IMG/VR virus record: IMGVR_UViG_3300045988_169529
Coordinates: 1-56,911 of that record
DNA length: 56,911 nucleotides
Origin: a virus
Strand: one strand, 5' to 3'
The translations under genes were made by a program, and so were the position numbers. This document shows, one piece after another, positions 45,389 through 54,872 of the stretch. The notes below the pieces were generated by a model that worked only from the letters and a program-made list of their open reading frames with translations, was not told the origin of the DNA and did not search any database. How positions within the stretch are numbered: position 1 is the first letter of the stretch; each line of letters opens with the position of its first letter.

Positions 45389-46351
45389 TTAAATTATACT
45401 TAATAACTGGCTTTTGGCCCGCTGAATGTCGGCATACTCACGCCCCAGACGGGATGCTTCCAATATGGCTTCTGTCAGAGTGGCCCTTGCATCTATCAAA
45501 CCTTTTCCGATCGCTTCGTCCGTAAGGTAAATATCCCCGCGAAGAGCAGGCTCATCATCAGGAGCATCCTTAAGTGCCGGACGGGTGGAACGAACTTCGG
45601 ACAAGAACATATCATTAAGAGGATTCAGCATACGTTCCACATACTCATCACCCTTACCGGAAGCCGCGTCATCCATAAGCTTGGTCTTAAGATCCGATGC
45701 GGAAGCATGATACGTATGCACCTCTATACCCATTTTTTTAAAATATTCGGAATAGTCCCAGACCTCGGCCATTGTCCCGATAGATCCTATCTTGTCATAA
45801 CCGGTAGCGGCAAAAATTCTAGTGCCATGACAGGCGATGAGATAACCGGCAGACGCACATACGCGCTCGGCCAAAACAACCACCGGCTTACTCAAGTCTC
45901 TCATAGTCTCGGAGAGGCGGTCCATGTAAAATGCCTCGCCTCCCGGACTGTCTATATGAACAAAATGTGCAATGATCGCAGGATTGGATTCGGATGCCAG
46001 CAGATCCTTCTCAAACTGTTTGCTGGAAAAACGCCACCAACTGTTTGATGTGATTACACCGAACACGGGATAGTAAGCAATACTGTTATCGGGAAGTTCT
46101 TCAGAAGCATAATCGGAAACAATGCTGATATCCTTGTCAGGAAAAGCCATACGGACCTGAGAGGAGCATAAATCCAAGGCACCGGAAATCACCTCGGTAT
46201 ACAGCATATCAGCATGTCCCTTTTCCGCTGAATCGGAATCGTGAACATTAGGGAATGCTTCAGCTACGACAGAGGCGTAACCCTCTGCCGTAATGAGCAA
46301 TCCTTGTCGGGATAAGAGAAGCTGCTGAAGATATTTCTGTGACTGTGTCAT
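45389..46351 (-). CDS. Prohead protease, S49 (SppA/ClpP-fold) family
   Basis: VHIDSPGGEAF...VCASAGYLIACHG...KIGSIGTMAEV matches the S49 catalytic Ser region and GSIG motif. Confidence 0.8.
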   Translation of the reverse strand: MTQSQKYLQQLLLSRQGLLITAEGYASVVAEAFPNVHDSDSAEKGHADMLYTEVISGALDLCSSQVRMAFPDKDISIVSDYASEELPDNSIAYYPVFGVITSNSWWRFSSKQFEKDLLASESNPAIIAHFVHIDSPGGEAFYMDRLSETMRDLSKPVVVLAERVCASAGYLIACHGTRIFAATGYDKIGSIGTMAEVWDYSEYFKKMGIEVHTYHASASDLKTKLMDDAASGKGDEYVERMLNPLNDMFLSEVRSTRPALKDAPDDEPALRGDIYLTDEAIGKGLIDARATLTEAILEASRLGREYADIQRAKSQLLSII

Positions 46352-46403
46352 TCTATTTTTTTGTTTTTACAAAAATATCCATACCTTATATATATAAAAA
46401 AGA

Positions 46404-46841
46404 CTATAAGACGGGCGGTTTCAGCATGGTGCACTTCATTGTAAGCCGTGCCGAATTAAGCTGGGGAGACAGGCACACTCTGGCAGGAATGTCAGCATCT
46501 CCAACCCCATAGCTGTTACCGGAAGTATCACGAAAATACAATATGCCGGAACGGAAGATGGAAAACTCCCTCAATATACCGCTATCAGGACGTGATATGA
46601 CAAGTTCCTTGTCACAATTGAAACTAGTTCCCGAAGCATTGTCCGAAGCCACGGGTTCAAATGAAAACTCCTCGGCCAGAAAAACATATTGTTCCTGATT
46701 CATACCACCTGAGGGGACAAAAGTAACGACAATAGAGAATTCTTTATTTCGCTGATTCATAACATTTTGATAATTAACGAGTTCGCCATTTACATCCATA
46801 TAGCGGACAGTTTTACCGTCAAAACGGACAAAACGATACAC
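46404..46841 (-). CDS. Hypothetical protein
   Basis: 145-aa ORF upstream of the protease. Non-ATG start in the track. Confidence 0.5.
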   Translation of the reverse strand: MYRFVRFDGKTVRYMDVNGELVNYQNVMNQRNKEFSIVVTFVPSGGMNQEQYVFLAEEFSFEPVASDNASGTSFNCDKELVISRPDSGILREFSIFRSGILYFRDTSGNSYGVGDADIPARVCLSPQLNSARLTMKCTMLKPPVL

Positions 46842-46876
46842 TTGGTCGGCTGTTTATTTAATATTATTTAACCATG

Positions 46877-47365
46877 TTAGATAACCTGTATCATATCCTT
46901 CTTTCTTTCGCGTCGGGCTTTCCGTTTACGCAAGTTCTCACGCCACCGATAATAGTTCTTCAACAGTGCTTCTTCAGATACCGATTCAATGCCATAAGTA
47001 CACAGAAACTGATAGACAACGGCATTGTTGTCAAACAGGTGTCCGCGCTGGTCATTATCCAACAGGGTGGCGTGCAGCTCCTCGTTGAACTCACGACGGA
47101 TGGCAAGTTCTATATACGTCACCGCACGCGCGGACAGATAGTTGTACACTTCGGGATTCTTTCCCTCGCGCCGGTTAGGCAGGGCCAATACAATATTGCC
47201 ATCCGTATGCGGCATATTACTGGGACGACGGGACATATAATTCCATATCACATGATACAGATCTGAATTGTCGGGAATATTTATCGGATCATTTGAACCT
47301 GAAGCATATTTCCCGCGCAAATATTCCGCCAAATAGGGAGTGATGTTAATTGTGGTAGTGATCAT
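46877..47365 (-). CDS. Hypothetical protein, first gene after the iteron region (candidate DNA-binding or late regulator)
   Basis: 162 aa with a very basic C-terminus (RWRENLRKRKARRERKK). Confidence 0.55.
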   Translation of the reverse strand: MITTTINITPYLAEYLRGKYASGSNDPINIPDNSDLYHVIWNYMSRRPSNMPHTDGNIVLALPNRREGKNPEVYNYLSARAVTYIELAIRREFNEELHATLLDNDQRGHLFDNNAVVYQFLCTYGIESVSEEALLKNYYRWRENLRKRKARRERKKDMIQVI

Positions 47366-47402
47366 ACTTTTATTTTTTTTAGTTGAAAGTTCTTATTTTT
47401 GC

Positions 47403-47757
47403 GACCAACAGACCAACAGACCAACAATTGGCTATTAGTATAAAGCAAAGTTAGTGATTTTCAGCCAATAAACAAACTATACCTTATATATTTATATTGT
47501 TGGTCAGCGACCAACACGACCAACATAAGGTATAGTTTACCCTTATTTTTACTGAATTATTGACAAATGCCTAAAAACGGAAGACCAACAGTCCGACCAA
47601 CAAAAAACAACTACGACCAACAACGACCAACAGACCAACACATATTATATATATATTATTACTTTATAAATTATATATATTATATTATAAATGAGATAGT
47701 TACATTTTAAAGGCTATTTTTATATTTTTGAAATGTTGGTCTGTTGGTCTGTTGGTC
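47403..47757. repeat. Iteron array: 14 copies of GACCAACA (10 direct, 4 inverted) around an AT tract
   Basis: Direct copies at 47403, 47411, 47419, 47509, 47518, 47583, 47595, 47615, 47625 and 47633. Inverted copies at 47498, 47734, 47742 and 47750. 48 of 50 nt are A/T in 47641-47690. A 13-bp inverted repeat lies at 47474-47486 / 47526-47538. Confidence 0.9.
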
Positions 47758-47845
47758 GTGTTTTTTGCAAAATTCTACGTGCAAAAATGCGTGTGTCTAT
47801 GTTTTCTTTAAAATAAGGGGGTCCGGGGGATTTTTATTATAAAAG

Positions 47846-47888
47846 AATAGGGAATACGGTATTAATATTTTTTACCATATCCCCTATT
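47846..47888 (-). terminator. Imperfect 16-bp hairpin downstream of 47937..48233 (candidate terminator)
   Basis: AATAGGGAATACGGTA / TACCATATCCCCTATT pair at 14 of 16 positions. The minus strand continues CTTTTAT. Confidence 0.35.
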
Positions 47889-47936
47889 GTATTAAGATAA
47901 ATGACCTGCCGCATGTCTGAAGCCATGCGAATGCAA

Positions 47937-48233
47937 TCAATGACCGGGTGCGGAACGGACTTTAAGCAGATCCAGCAAATGGCGGATATCTCGGAGAGTC
48001 TGCATCATGACCAGACGTTCACCATAGGAAGCGCCAGCTTCAGGATTGAGAACTATCTCCTCCACTTCATATATACCATTGAGAAGGCTTTCTATGTTGC
48101 TGTTCTCATCGTCCTGCAAATCATAGAGGAGATCCACCGCTTCATCGGTGAGTTTGACACCTTCGATGGTAAAGAATTTATCTTCAGGCATACCGGATGT
48201 TTCTTCAGCCAGTTTTAATATGTCAGTCTTCAT
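47937..48233 (-). CDS. Small acidic protein, paralogue of 27967..28206
   Basis: I place the start at MKTDILKL (48233). The ATG overlaps the stop of the upstream ORF as ATGA. See the alignment under 27967..28206. Confidence 0.65.
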   Translation of the reverse strand: MKTDILKLAEETSGMPEDKFFTIEGVKLTDEAVDLLYDLQDDENSNIESLLNGIYEVEEIVLNPEAGASYGERLVMMQTLRDIRHLLDLLKVRSAPGH

Positions 48234-48499
48234 CGCAGACCTCCTTTCCGGCATAAATACAACGAAGTGGCAAACCATGGAAGGCAGAGCAACGCAGGAA
48301 CCACGGACACACATGAGGCACATATCAGCGCGGAGAATGAAAGACAGGCATGGCCCATCAATAACATCTGAAGATTGTTGATGGAAGATTCCATGACCAT
48401 TGAGAACAACGCGTTCTCAGAATTCAGCCATAATTGAATAGCTGAAGATTTGCTAGCGACATTTATGTCGGGAGCAGAAATAGAAACTGTTTGTTTCAT
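48230..48499 (-). CDS. Possible Cys-rich hydrophobic small protein coupled to the paralogue gene
   Basis: It starts MKQTVSI and has the C-terminus ACLSFSALICASCVSVVPALLCLPWF. The ATGA overlap with the next gene suggests it is translated, but it could still be spurious. Confidence 0.3.
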   Translation of the reverse strand: MKQTVSISAPDINVASKSSAIQLWLNSENALFSMVMESSINNLQMLLMGHACLSFSALICASCVSVVPALLCLPWFATSLYLCRKGGLR

Positions 48500-48501
48500 A
48501 T

Positions 48502-48572
48502 TAATGAGATGTTTGGCGTTATAGGCAGAAAAAGAACGGCTGCCATTTCCCGTGTCGCCAAACATCTCATTA
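48502..48572. promoter_or_regulatory. 17-bp perfect inverted repeat with a nested stem
   Basis: TAATGAGATGTTTGGCG (48502-48518) and CGCCAAACATCTCATTA (48556-48572). Inner stem GGCAG/CTGCC. Confidence 0.6.
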
Positions 48573-48890
48573 GTCTCTATGCCGTAGCATTAAAGTAATG
48601 TGGGAAAGACAGCCGTAGATTTTGCAAACAAGTTGCGACTTCTACAATATCCTTTATATGTATTATCATTTTCGTGACTTTACGAAAATGGTCTGTATAG
48701 GCATAAAAAAAGCCCATTAAAATATGAGCATTAACCGCGCTCTGCGACATAGAAAACATTCTATGAGATATTTGGCACTGCAAATCTAAATATTAAAATC
48801 AGTCTATGCAAGTGTTTTTGGGAAAATTTCAAATTATAGATTGTGAAATGCAATATTTTATTGGTATTTTTGTATGTAAATCAATGAATT

Positions 48891-49028
48891 ATGGAAAATC
48901 CTATCTATCATCTGAGAAAAAACAAACGTAAATGGGATATAGAAGATATCACCTTACGATTACTGGCCATATCAGCCTTACTATTAGTAGTCTATATGAC
49001 AATATTAATAATTAAAGCAATTGGCTGA
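48891..49028 (+). CDS. Possible 45-aa tail-anchored membrane peptide
   Basis: My own translation is MENPIYHLRKNKRKWDIEDITLRLLAISALLLVVYMTILIIKAIG. It converges on 49012..49350 and overlaps it by 17 nt. Confidence 0.25.
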   Translation: MENPIYHLRKNKRKWDIEDITLRLLAISALLLVVYMTILIIKAIG

Positions 49029-49350
49029 TAAATGAAGCGATTGTTGCTAATGAAGCTAATGCTGTAATTAACCATACAATGCGCCTAATAAGGAGTTTTT
49101 TCTTTTCTTTTTCTACTTTAGAAAAACCTCCATTTTGGCAAAACTTCATTCCTTCAGGTGTTAAGCGACAACGAAAAGAGTTGTCGCTTAATTTTTTCAC
49201 TGTAATATAGCCTGATGCTTTAAGAGTATATATAATCTCTTCCAGCTCATTCGAGTTCAAATCAACTAACCAATTCGTATTGAAGTCCTGATCCTTCAAT
49301 GTGTGATATCTTATATAAACCAAAATTGTATCATATCTTGCAAAATCCAT
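49012..49350 (-). CDS. Hypothetical protein with C-terminal TM anchor
   Basis: 112 aa, ending RRIVWLITALASLATIASFISQLL. Confidence 0.55.
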   Translation of the reverse strand: MDFARYDTILVYIRYHTLKDQDFNTNWLVDLNSNELEEIIYTLKASGYITVKKLSDNSFRCRLTPEGMKFCQNGGFSKVEKEKKKLLIRRIVWLITALASLATIASFISQLL

Positions 49351-49374
49351 ATCTATATTACTACATTAGCGGGA

Positions 49375-49626
49375 TTAATAGTTAATAAGCCATCCGAAAA
49401 TATATTCCATAGGCAAACAGAACATTTCTCGCTGTTTTCCATCAGCTCCAACCGCCTTGCAGAGCAAGGCAGTTGGAGCAAGTAAATAATGAGATTGAAT
49501 CTTCTGTCTTTGCGCCTCAGAATCTATACCCAATGCTTCGCAAATAGGTTTTATTGGAACCAATCGTTCATCACTTATGGACATAATATCCACGTTGTTC
49601 ACTCTTGCAATAATACTTGTAGTCAT
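49375..49626 (-). CDS. P22 antirepressor N-terminal-domain (P22_AR_N)-like protein
   Basis: LVPIKPICEALGIDSEAQRQKIQ...GADGKQREMFCLPMEYIFGWL matches the PxKPIxExxGxDxxxQ..DGKQRExxCLP..GWL signature. Confidence 0.7.
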   Translation of the reverse strand: MTTSIIARVNNVDIMSISDERLVPIKPICEALGIDSEAQRQKIQSHYLLAPTALLCKAVGADGKQREMFCLPMEYIFGWLINY

Positions 49627-49647
49627 AATTTTATTTTTTATTGGTTA

Positions 49648-52600
49648 TTAAAATGGCAGGCGTTCCACTTCGGGATCCTGCATATTTTTTTCTCTTGGTG
49701 TTTCGTTGCGTTTCAAATCAAGGCCATACATAGAGGCCAATATGTCGTAATTCAATGCGATACAGCTTGTATTCTTATTCAGAGATTTGACACGGCGCAC
49801 CATCATGGTATCGCTGCCTTGGGCTATATATTCTTCCGGAATATCCTTGCCTTCATTTTCCAACTCTCCACGGGGTACTTCTTCCGTTTCCTTCCAATTG
49901 AAACGATGAGCTGCTACAGGACCTATATAACAGGCATTGGAACGAAGATTCTGCTCAATGGTAGACTGACTAGACTGTTCCCGATTAAAGGAACTGCGGT
50001 CATACTGGGCATAAATCACAGATAGCCGGATATACATGACACATGTTCCGTCAGGCACAGGATAAGAAATATGTGATTTTCCCGGTCCGATCAGAGTAAG
50101 CTTCTGAGGATAATCGAAGTCAAAGTCACGACCCAGAATCAATGCCTTGGTATCTATCATAACATCCATGGCCTTGAAGAATGTAGCCAGCTTGTCTGTA
50201 CGTGAAATCAGATCCACCTGGAACTGAATTTTATCGCAAGCTATTTTGAAAAACTCCTTGTATGTAAAAGGCAGTTTCAGATCCGTATATTCTTCCACCA
50301 GACGGCACATGGCAAGAAACAGAGAGGCTGTCTTCATCAGACGGTCTATCTCACCATGAGCCAGCATCTGCGATTTCAGCTCCTTGTAACATTCAGTTTT
50401 AAGCCTGCGGATATTGTCCATTACCAAAGGACGAAGCTTCAGTATCTCCAGCAGCACATTGCACAAACCACGTTCCTCTATATCTTTCAATTCATTGAAC
50501 AAGTTCACCTCTTCCTGAGTACGTTCCTTGGCAGGTTTTGGCACCTCGCACACAATGATACGGGACATCAACGAATTATCATCCCGCTGCGGTGTTTCCT
50601 GGCCGCAAATAATAATGGGAGCATATATCTTCTCAACCTCTATTTCCTTTCCCGTAGTTCCTTTCCGCTTCTGTCTTCCATCACCGTCATATACGGCGGT
50701 TTTCAAAAACTGAAACACCTTATCCTCTATTTCCTTGTTGTTATACTCGTCTAAAACAACAGGAACGTCACGAAACATGGCCAGCATGGAAGACAGACCT
50801 GCGTAAGTAGTAGAAGGAAGATTGGTCAATGGAACTTTCGGATTCATAAACAGCGACCGGATGCTGACTGCAATCTGTGTCTTTCCGGAAGACATAGGCC
50901 CCATGAAAAATGGAGCTGTAAACAAACGGTCTATGCAATGGATATTACTTCGGAACGGGCACATCAAAGCAAACATGATAGCCCATTTCCCATTATCATT
51001 AAGCTGATACACCCGGTTCATCAGATCCGCCCATCGTTGAAACGTGCACTGTTTCTCAACAGGTATATCCTTATAAAGCAGGTTACTGATTACTTCATAT
51101 TTCTCTTTCATGTCCGAATTCATATATAATTGGGAGAAAGCCGGCAGATACCAGTTTTCATTGTTATGAGTTGCCACACCCAGTTCGTTGACAGGATCAA
51201 AACGATACTGTCCGTCCTGCTCATGGTATATACCATTGGCAAACGCAAAGAACATAGTGGACTGGTCCCGGCTGAATCCGTCGGGCTGCTGGTTCCCATA
51301 AGTACGGACTTCTTTACAGGACACAAAATTACGGGACATCCATTCGCGGATCTTTGTCCAATGCTTTTCTTCTCCATTACTGAAGTTGACAGCTTCCAGC
51401 ATGATCAGTCTTTCCTCAATGGTTGATTTTTTAAGAAAACATTTGGAAGGTGCTTCCAGATAAATAGGTTTCTTATAATATCGGCGATTGATACGCACTA
51501 TACGTTTATTGTCCTCATCCTTGTCACTGACAATATGAATTAGCGGTTCCATAAAAAAATCTCCCACCAAAGTACCTCCCTGCTTATTATTCGTAAAGAT
51601 ATAAGCCACAGGTTCCCCGTTACGGTTCAGACGGGGATAGAACTGGTAATCATCCAGCATCTTTTGATATACGGGATTCGATTCGACATAATCAGGAATG
51701 ATATCGGGATCATAGAACCCTTCTTCCTGATCATCACGCTGTGCGTTGATAGCAACCCTTGATTTTCGCTTTGCCAAGTACGGTTTCAGCAATGTATTTA
51801 GATCAGTCTTGGTTAGCTCCATCCATGTTGTAAACTTACTGAAGTTGACAATACGAACGGATTCTTCTGTGCAGGCTATCAAATCGGCACAACGCTGAAG
51901 GTAAGGTGTACGGTCTACCGGCTTATAGCGATTAAGGAACTGGTTATACTTAAAGACATAGGCATTGATGAATATCCATTCCTCATCCGGCTGTTCCTCC
52001 TCAATATAATCGTCTGACTGTTTTTTCTTGTTGATAGATGCGATATCGCTTCCCGGAACAAGTACAGAAATGTTGGTGACTCCGTTTCTGTAGCAGTCGG
52101 CCAAAGCTACCATAGTGGTACTCTCCTCCCCTGTAGCAGAAATTACAAGAGCATCAGCGGACACATCCAGTAACTGGCAATCACGGCGTACCTTCTGAAT
52201 ATCTTCCATAGACAGACTTTCATGAAAGTATATCTGAGGCACCGTCTCATAATTTTCCAAGAATTCATCAAAAGATGCTGATACATGAATGCTGGTACGC
52301 TCCGTCACTAAAGCCGGGAGTACATCAAGACCATATACACCCGGTTTTAGTGTCTCAACTGTTGGAGTTTCCGGCATATTGGAACGCATCTGACGAATCT
52401 TACGGTCTACTACATCCGGTTCTTGTGAGAACCGACGTGCCAGGTTCCTGGTATAATCCAGACGGAGAGTTTCTGATTCCACACATGCCACTAACCGACA
52501 GACAGATGCCAATCTTTCTTCTTTCTCTACTGGGTCCTCTATTTTCTCCGGAAGAAATATGTTACAGAAATAAGTTACAAAGCTGGCCGTATTATTATTC

Positions 52601-53661
52601 AGCCATGCCAAAGTCTGCTCTTTTTTCTCCCTGGCCAGATCGTCCGGATCTTTACCCTGAGGAAGACGTACACAATTAATGTTAAGCCCTGCACGAAGCA
52701 TTGTCTCACAATTTTTCATGGATGCCTTGATACCCGCTTCATCATCATCGTATACCAGTACGACTTTGTTGCTATAACGGGAAATCAATTTCACCTGATC
52801 ATCTGTCAGAGCCGTTCCCGAACCGGCAACAACGTTTTTCACACCTGCTGCGTACAGGCTCATGACATCGAACTGCCCTTCCACCAGATACACATAGCCC
52901 ACCTGGCTGATGAAACGATAAGCCTGATACAGTCCGAAAAGGTGTTTCCCTTTATTAAATAGCGGTGTGTCGGTAGTATTGACATATTTCCCTACTTTCT
53001 TGTTGGGAGTTACTATGCGGCCACTATATGCCACCGGTCTACCCTGCATGTCTAGAAATGGAAAAACTATACGGTCACGGAATACATCGTAATAATCATA
53101 ATCCCCTTTAGCCACTACATTAACCTCAACAAGATTTTGTGTCATATATCCGAATAAAGTGAGATGGGAATAAGCCTTGTTACCCTGTGGCGCGTATCCG
53201 ATACGGAACGTTTTCAAAATTCCATTATCCAAAGAGTAGCCGCGCTCTTTCAAATAGGCTCCGGCCGAAGGAAGCTGGGACTGAAAAAAATTGGTGGCGG
53301 CATCCATTGTTATATATAATGTTTCACGATGTTTCCGTACTTCCAACTCCTCTTTGGTCACTTCGGTTTCTTCTACCTGTATACCCGCACGCCGGGCGCA
53401 CCATAATACAGCTTCTGTAAATGACATATTTTCATGTCTTATCAAGAAATCAAACACATCCCCTCCTGCTCCGCATACAAAACATTTGTATATCTGACGG
53501 GATGGAGTAACGCGCATGGACGGATGACGATCGTTATGAAACGGACATACTCCGACATACCCCGGTCCTTTTTTCTCCAGTCTGACAAATGAGGATATCA
53601 CATCTACGATATCAACTGCTGCTTTGACTTTATCTATGCTATTCTGACTTATTTTGCTCAT
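49648..53661 (-). CDS. Primase-helicase fusion (DnaG zinc finger + Toprim + P-loop NTPase)
   Basis: CHC2 finger CPFHNDRHPSMRV..YKCFVCGAGGD. Toprim YLVEGQFDVMS...VYDDDEAG. C-terminal Walker A FFMGPMSSGKTQ and Walker B PVVLDEYN. 1337 aa. Confidence 0.85.
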   Translation of the reverse strand: MSKISQNSIDKVKAAVDIVDVISSFVRLEKKGPGYVGVCPFHNDRHPSMRVTPSRQIYKCFVCGAGGDVFDFLIRHENMSFTEAVLWCARRAGIQVEETEVTKEELEVRKHRETLYITMDAATNFFQSQLPSAGAYLKERGYSLDNGILKTFRIGYAPQGNKAYSHLTLFGYMTQNLVEVNVVAKGDYDYYDVFRDRIVFPFLDMQGRPVAYSGRIVTPNKKVGKYVNTTDTPLFNKGKHLFGLYQAYRFISQVGYVYLVEGQFDVMSLYAAGVKNVVAGSGTALTDDQVKLISRYSNKVVLVYDDDEAGIKASMKNCETMLRAGLNINCVRLPQGKDPDDLAREKKEQTLAWLNNNTASFVTYFCNIFLPEKIEDPVEKEERLASVCRLVACVESETLRLDYTRNLARRFSQEPDVVDRKIRQMRSNMPETPTVETLKPGVYGLDVLPALVTERTSIHVSASFDEFLENYETVPQIYFHESLSMEDIQKVRRDCQLLDVSADALVISATGEESTTMVALADCYRNGVTNISVLVPGSDIASINKKKQSDDYIEEEQPDEEWIFINAYVFKYNQFLNRYKPVDRTPYLQRCADLIACTEESVRIVNFSKFTTWMELTKTDLNTLLKPYLAKRKSRVAINAQRDDQEEGFYDPDIIPDYVESNPVYQKMLDDYQFYPRLNRNGEPVAYIFTNNKQGGTLVGDFFMEPLIHIVSDKDEDNKRIVRINRRYYKKPIYLEAPSKCFLKKSTIEERLIMLEAVNFSNGEEKHWTKIREWMSRNFVSCKEVRTYGNQQPDGFSRDQSTMFFAFANGIYHEQDGQYRFDPVNELGVATHNNENWYLPAFSQLYMNSDMKEKYEVISNLLYKDIPVEKQCTFQRWADLMNRVYQLNDNGKWAIMFALMCPFRSNIHCIDRLFTAPFFMGPMSSGKTQIAVSIRSLFMNPKVPLTNLPSTTYAGLSSMLAMFRDVPVVLDEYNNKEIEDKVFQFLKTAVYDGDGRQKRKGTTGKEIEVEKIYAPIIICGQETPQRDDNSLMSRIIVCEVPKPAKERTQEEVNLFNELKDIEERGLCNVLLEILKLRPLVMDNIRRLKTECYKELKSQMLAHGEIDRLMKTASLFLAMCRLVEEYTDLKLPFTYKEFFKIACDKIQFQVDLISRTDKLATFFKAMDVMIDTKALILGRDFDFDYPQKLTLIGPGKSHISYPVPDGTCVMYIRLSVIYAQYDRSSFNREQSSQSTIEQNLRSNACYIGPVAAHRFNWKETEEVPRGELENEGKDIPEEYIAQGSDTMMVRRVKSLNKNTSCIALNYDILASMYGLDLKRNETPREKNMQDPEVERLPF

Positions 53662-54091
53662 CTGTTATTTCTCCTTCAAAGAGGTTTAATTGCCGCGCCT
53701 CGAATGCTTCCTGTAGGGTAATTTCTAGGTGCGTGGTTATTGCTACATATTCCGGCTCTGTAATTTGTACACGGCCATAATATAAATCCCAAAAGTGTAT
53801 TTGCGACATACCTACCGCCTTATAAAAGGCACGGGTAGGCTTAAAGTACTCCGGGTGCACGAACTTGATTTTCAAAATTTCCTGTAAGATGTTCCGCTTA
53901 ATCTGAGTTCCTACCGCTATCCGGTTTCTGATCAGAAACATTTTGACTGCGCTAGAAGTACGGCCTATGCGACAGGCCATTTCCTCTACTGTCAGCTTTC
54001 CAGCGTTATCGCGGACAAATCTTTTTTCTGCGTTGGTCCAACTTCCCTGGTTCATATTTTTCTTGTTTATAAATTCGGGTATATGTATCAT
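53639..54091 (-). CDS. Myb/SANT-like HTH protein (start probably MNQGSW)
   Basis: WTNAEKRFVRDNAGKLTVEEMACRIGRTSSAVKMFLIRN fits the W-x2-E..L..T..E.A..LGRT..AV pattern. Confidence 0.5.
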   Translation of the reverse strand: MIHIPEFINKKNMNQGSWTNAEKRFVRDNAGKLTVEEMACRIGRTSSAVKMFLIRNRIAVGTQIKRNILQEILKIKFVHPEYFKPTRAFYKAVGMSQIHFWDLYYGRVQITEPEYVAITTHLEITLQEAFEARQLNLFEGEITDEQNKSE

Positions 54092-54350
54092 TAAAAACTA
54101 CCTGCGGATGATCATGGATATACAAGCAACATATTCTGATGAATATTTCACGCATATCTTCCTGGACTAGGGTGACATCAAAGCATCTTCCTTCACGTAA
54201 ACCGTCAAGTGCGGAAAACACCTTACCTTCGTATTCGGTATATTCTTTCAACCCCATGGCATGGATGGTATCAAGTATCCATTCTCCATAATTATCCGGC
54301 AGACGAAACGAAGAGAAGTCCACCCCTTGAGATTTATCGGATAAAATCAT
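54006..54350 (-). CDS. Hypothetical protein
   Basis: 114-aa ORF. Its 3' end overlaps the next ORF in another frame. Confidence 0.45.
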   Translation of the reverse strand: MILSDKSQGVDFSSFRLPDNYGEWILDTIHAMGLKEYTEYEGKVFSALDGLREGRCFDVTLVQEDMREIFIRICCLYIHDHPQVVFNDTYTRIYKQEKYEPGKLDQRRKKICPR

Positions 54351-54364
54351 AATACTTTGATGAT

Positions 54365-54577
54365 TTATTTACTGTTTTTTTCAACAGGACGTGTTGTCTT
54401 GCCTGTATCATATTCCCGGCTGATTGCTGTTGCTATCCTACGGGATATTTCCTGACTATCAGCAGATATATCCTGTATCCGAGAATAACACACAATTGCC
54501 TCGCTGATAACGTACAATTCGTTAGGGGTAAGTTCCATTATGGAAAAAAGCCCTGAATGATCTACATCTACATACAT
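54365..54577 (-). CDS. Hypothetical protein
   Basis: 70-aa ORF in the early operon. Confidence 0.45.
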   Translation of the reverse strand: MYVDVDHSGLFSIMELTPNELYVISEAIVCYSRIQDISADSQEISRRIATAISREYDTGKTTRPVEKNSK

Positions 54578-54867
54578 AACTGACCTGATTTTATATCGTA
54601 TCCTTTATTCTGAACAGACTTGAGAGGCAGGTCATACTGCGGAAGACGCTGGTTATCACTGGCACGAAAACAGATACCGGCAGCATCCCAACGCACACGG
54701 ATCTGACGTTTGACACGCTTGATCTTACCATCAATCACACGTTTGCTACGGATACGAATAAATCCTTCAGCCTTACGTATATAACGCGCACGGTCTGTGT
54801 AAAAAAGGCGATAAAGGTGATAGCCACATATAATCATTGCAGCTTCAAAAGTGTTTGAATAATACAT
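54568..54867 (-). CDS. Hypothetical basic protein
   Basis: 99-aa Arg/Lys-rich ORF. Confidence 0.5.
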   Translation of the reverse strand: MYYSNTFEAAMIICGYHLYRLFYTDRARYIRKAEGFIRIRSKRVIDGKIKRVKRQIRVRWDAAGICFRASDNQRLPQYDLPLKSVQNKGYDIKSGQLCM

Positions 54868-54872
54868 AGTTG

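Noticed and set aside
47403-47757. Possible CRISPR array, because of the many short repeats
   Set aside because: The repeat unit is only 8 nt. Copies are often directly abutting or separated by 1-12 nt, and they occur in both orientations. There are no spacer-sized unique segments and no cas genes. The pattern fits iterons, not CRISPR.
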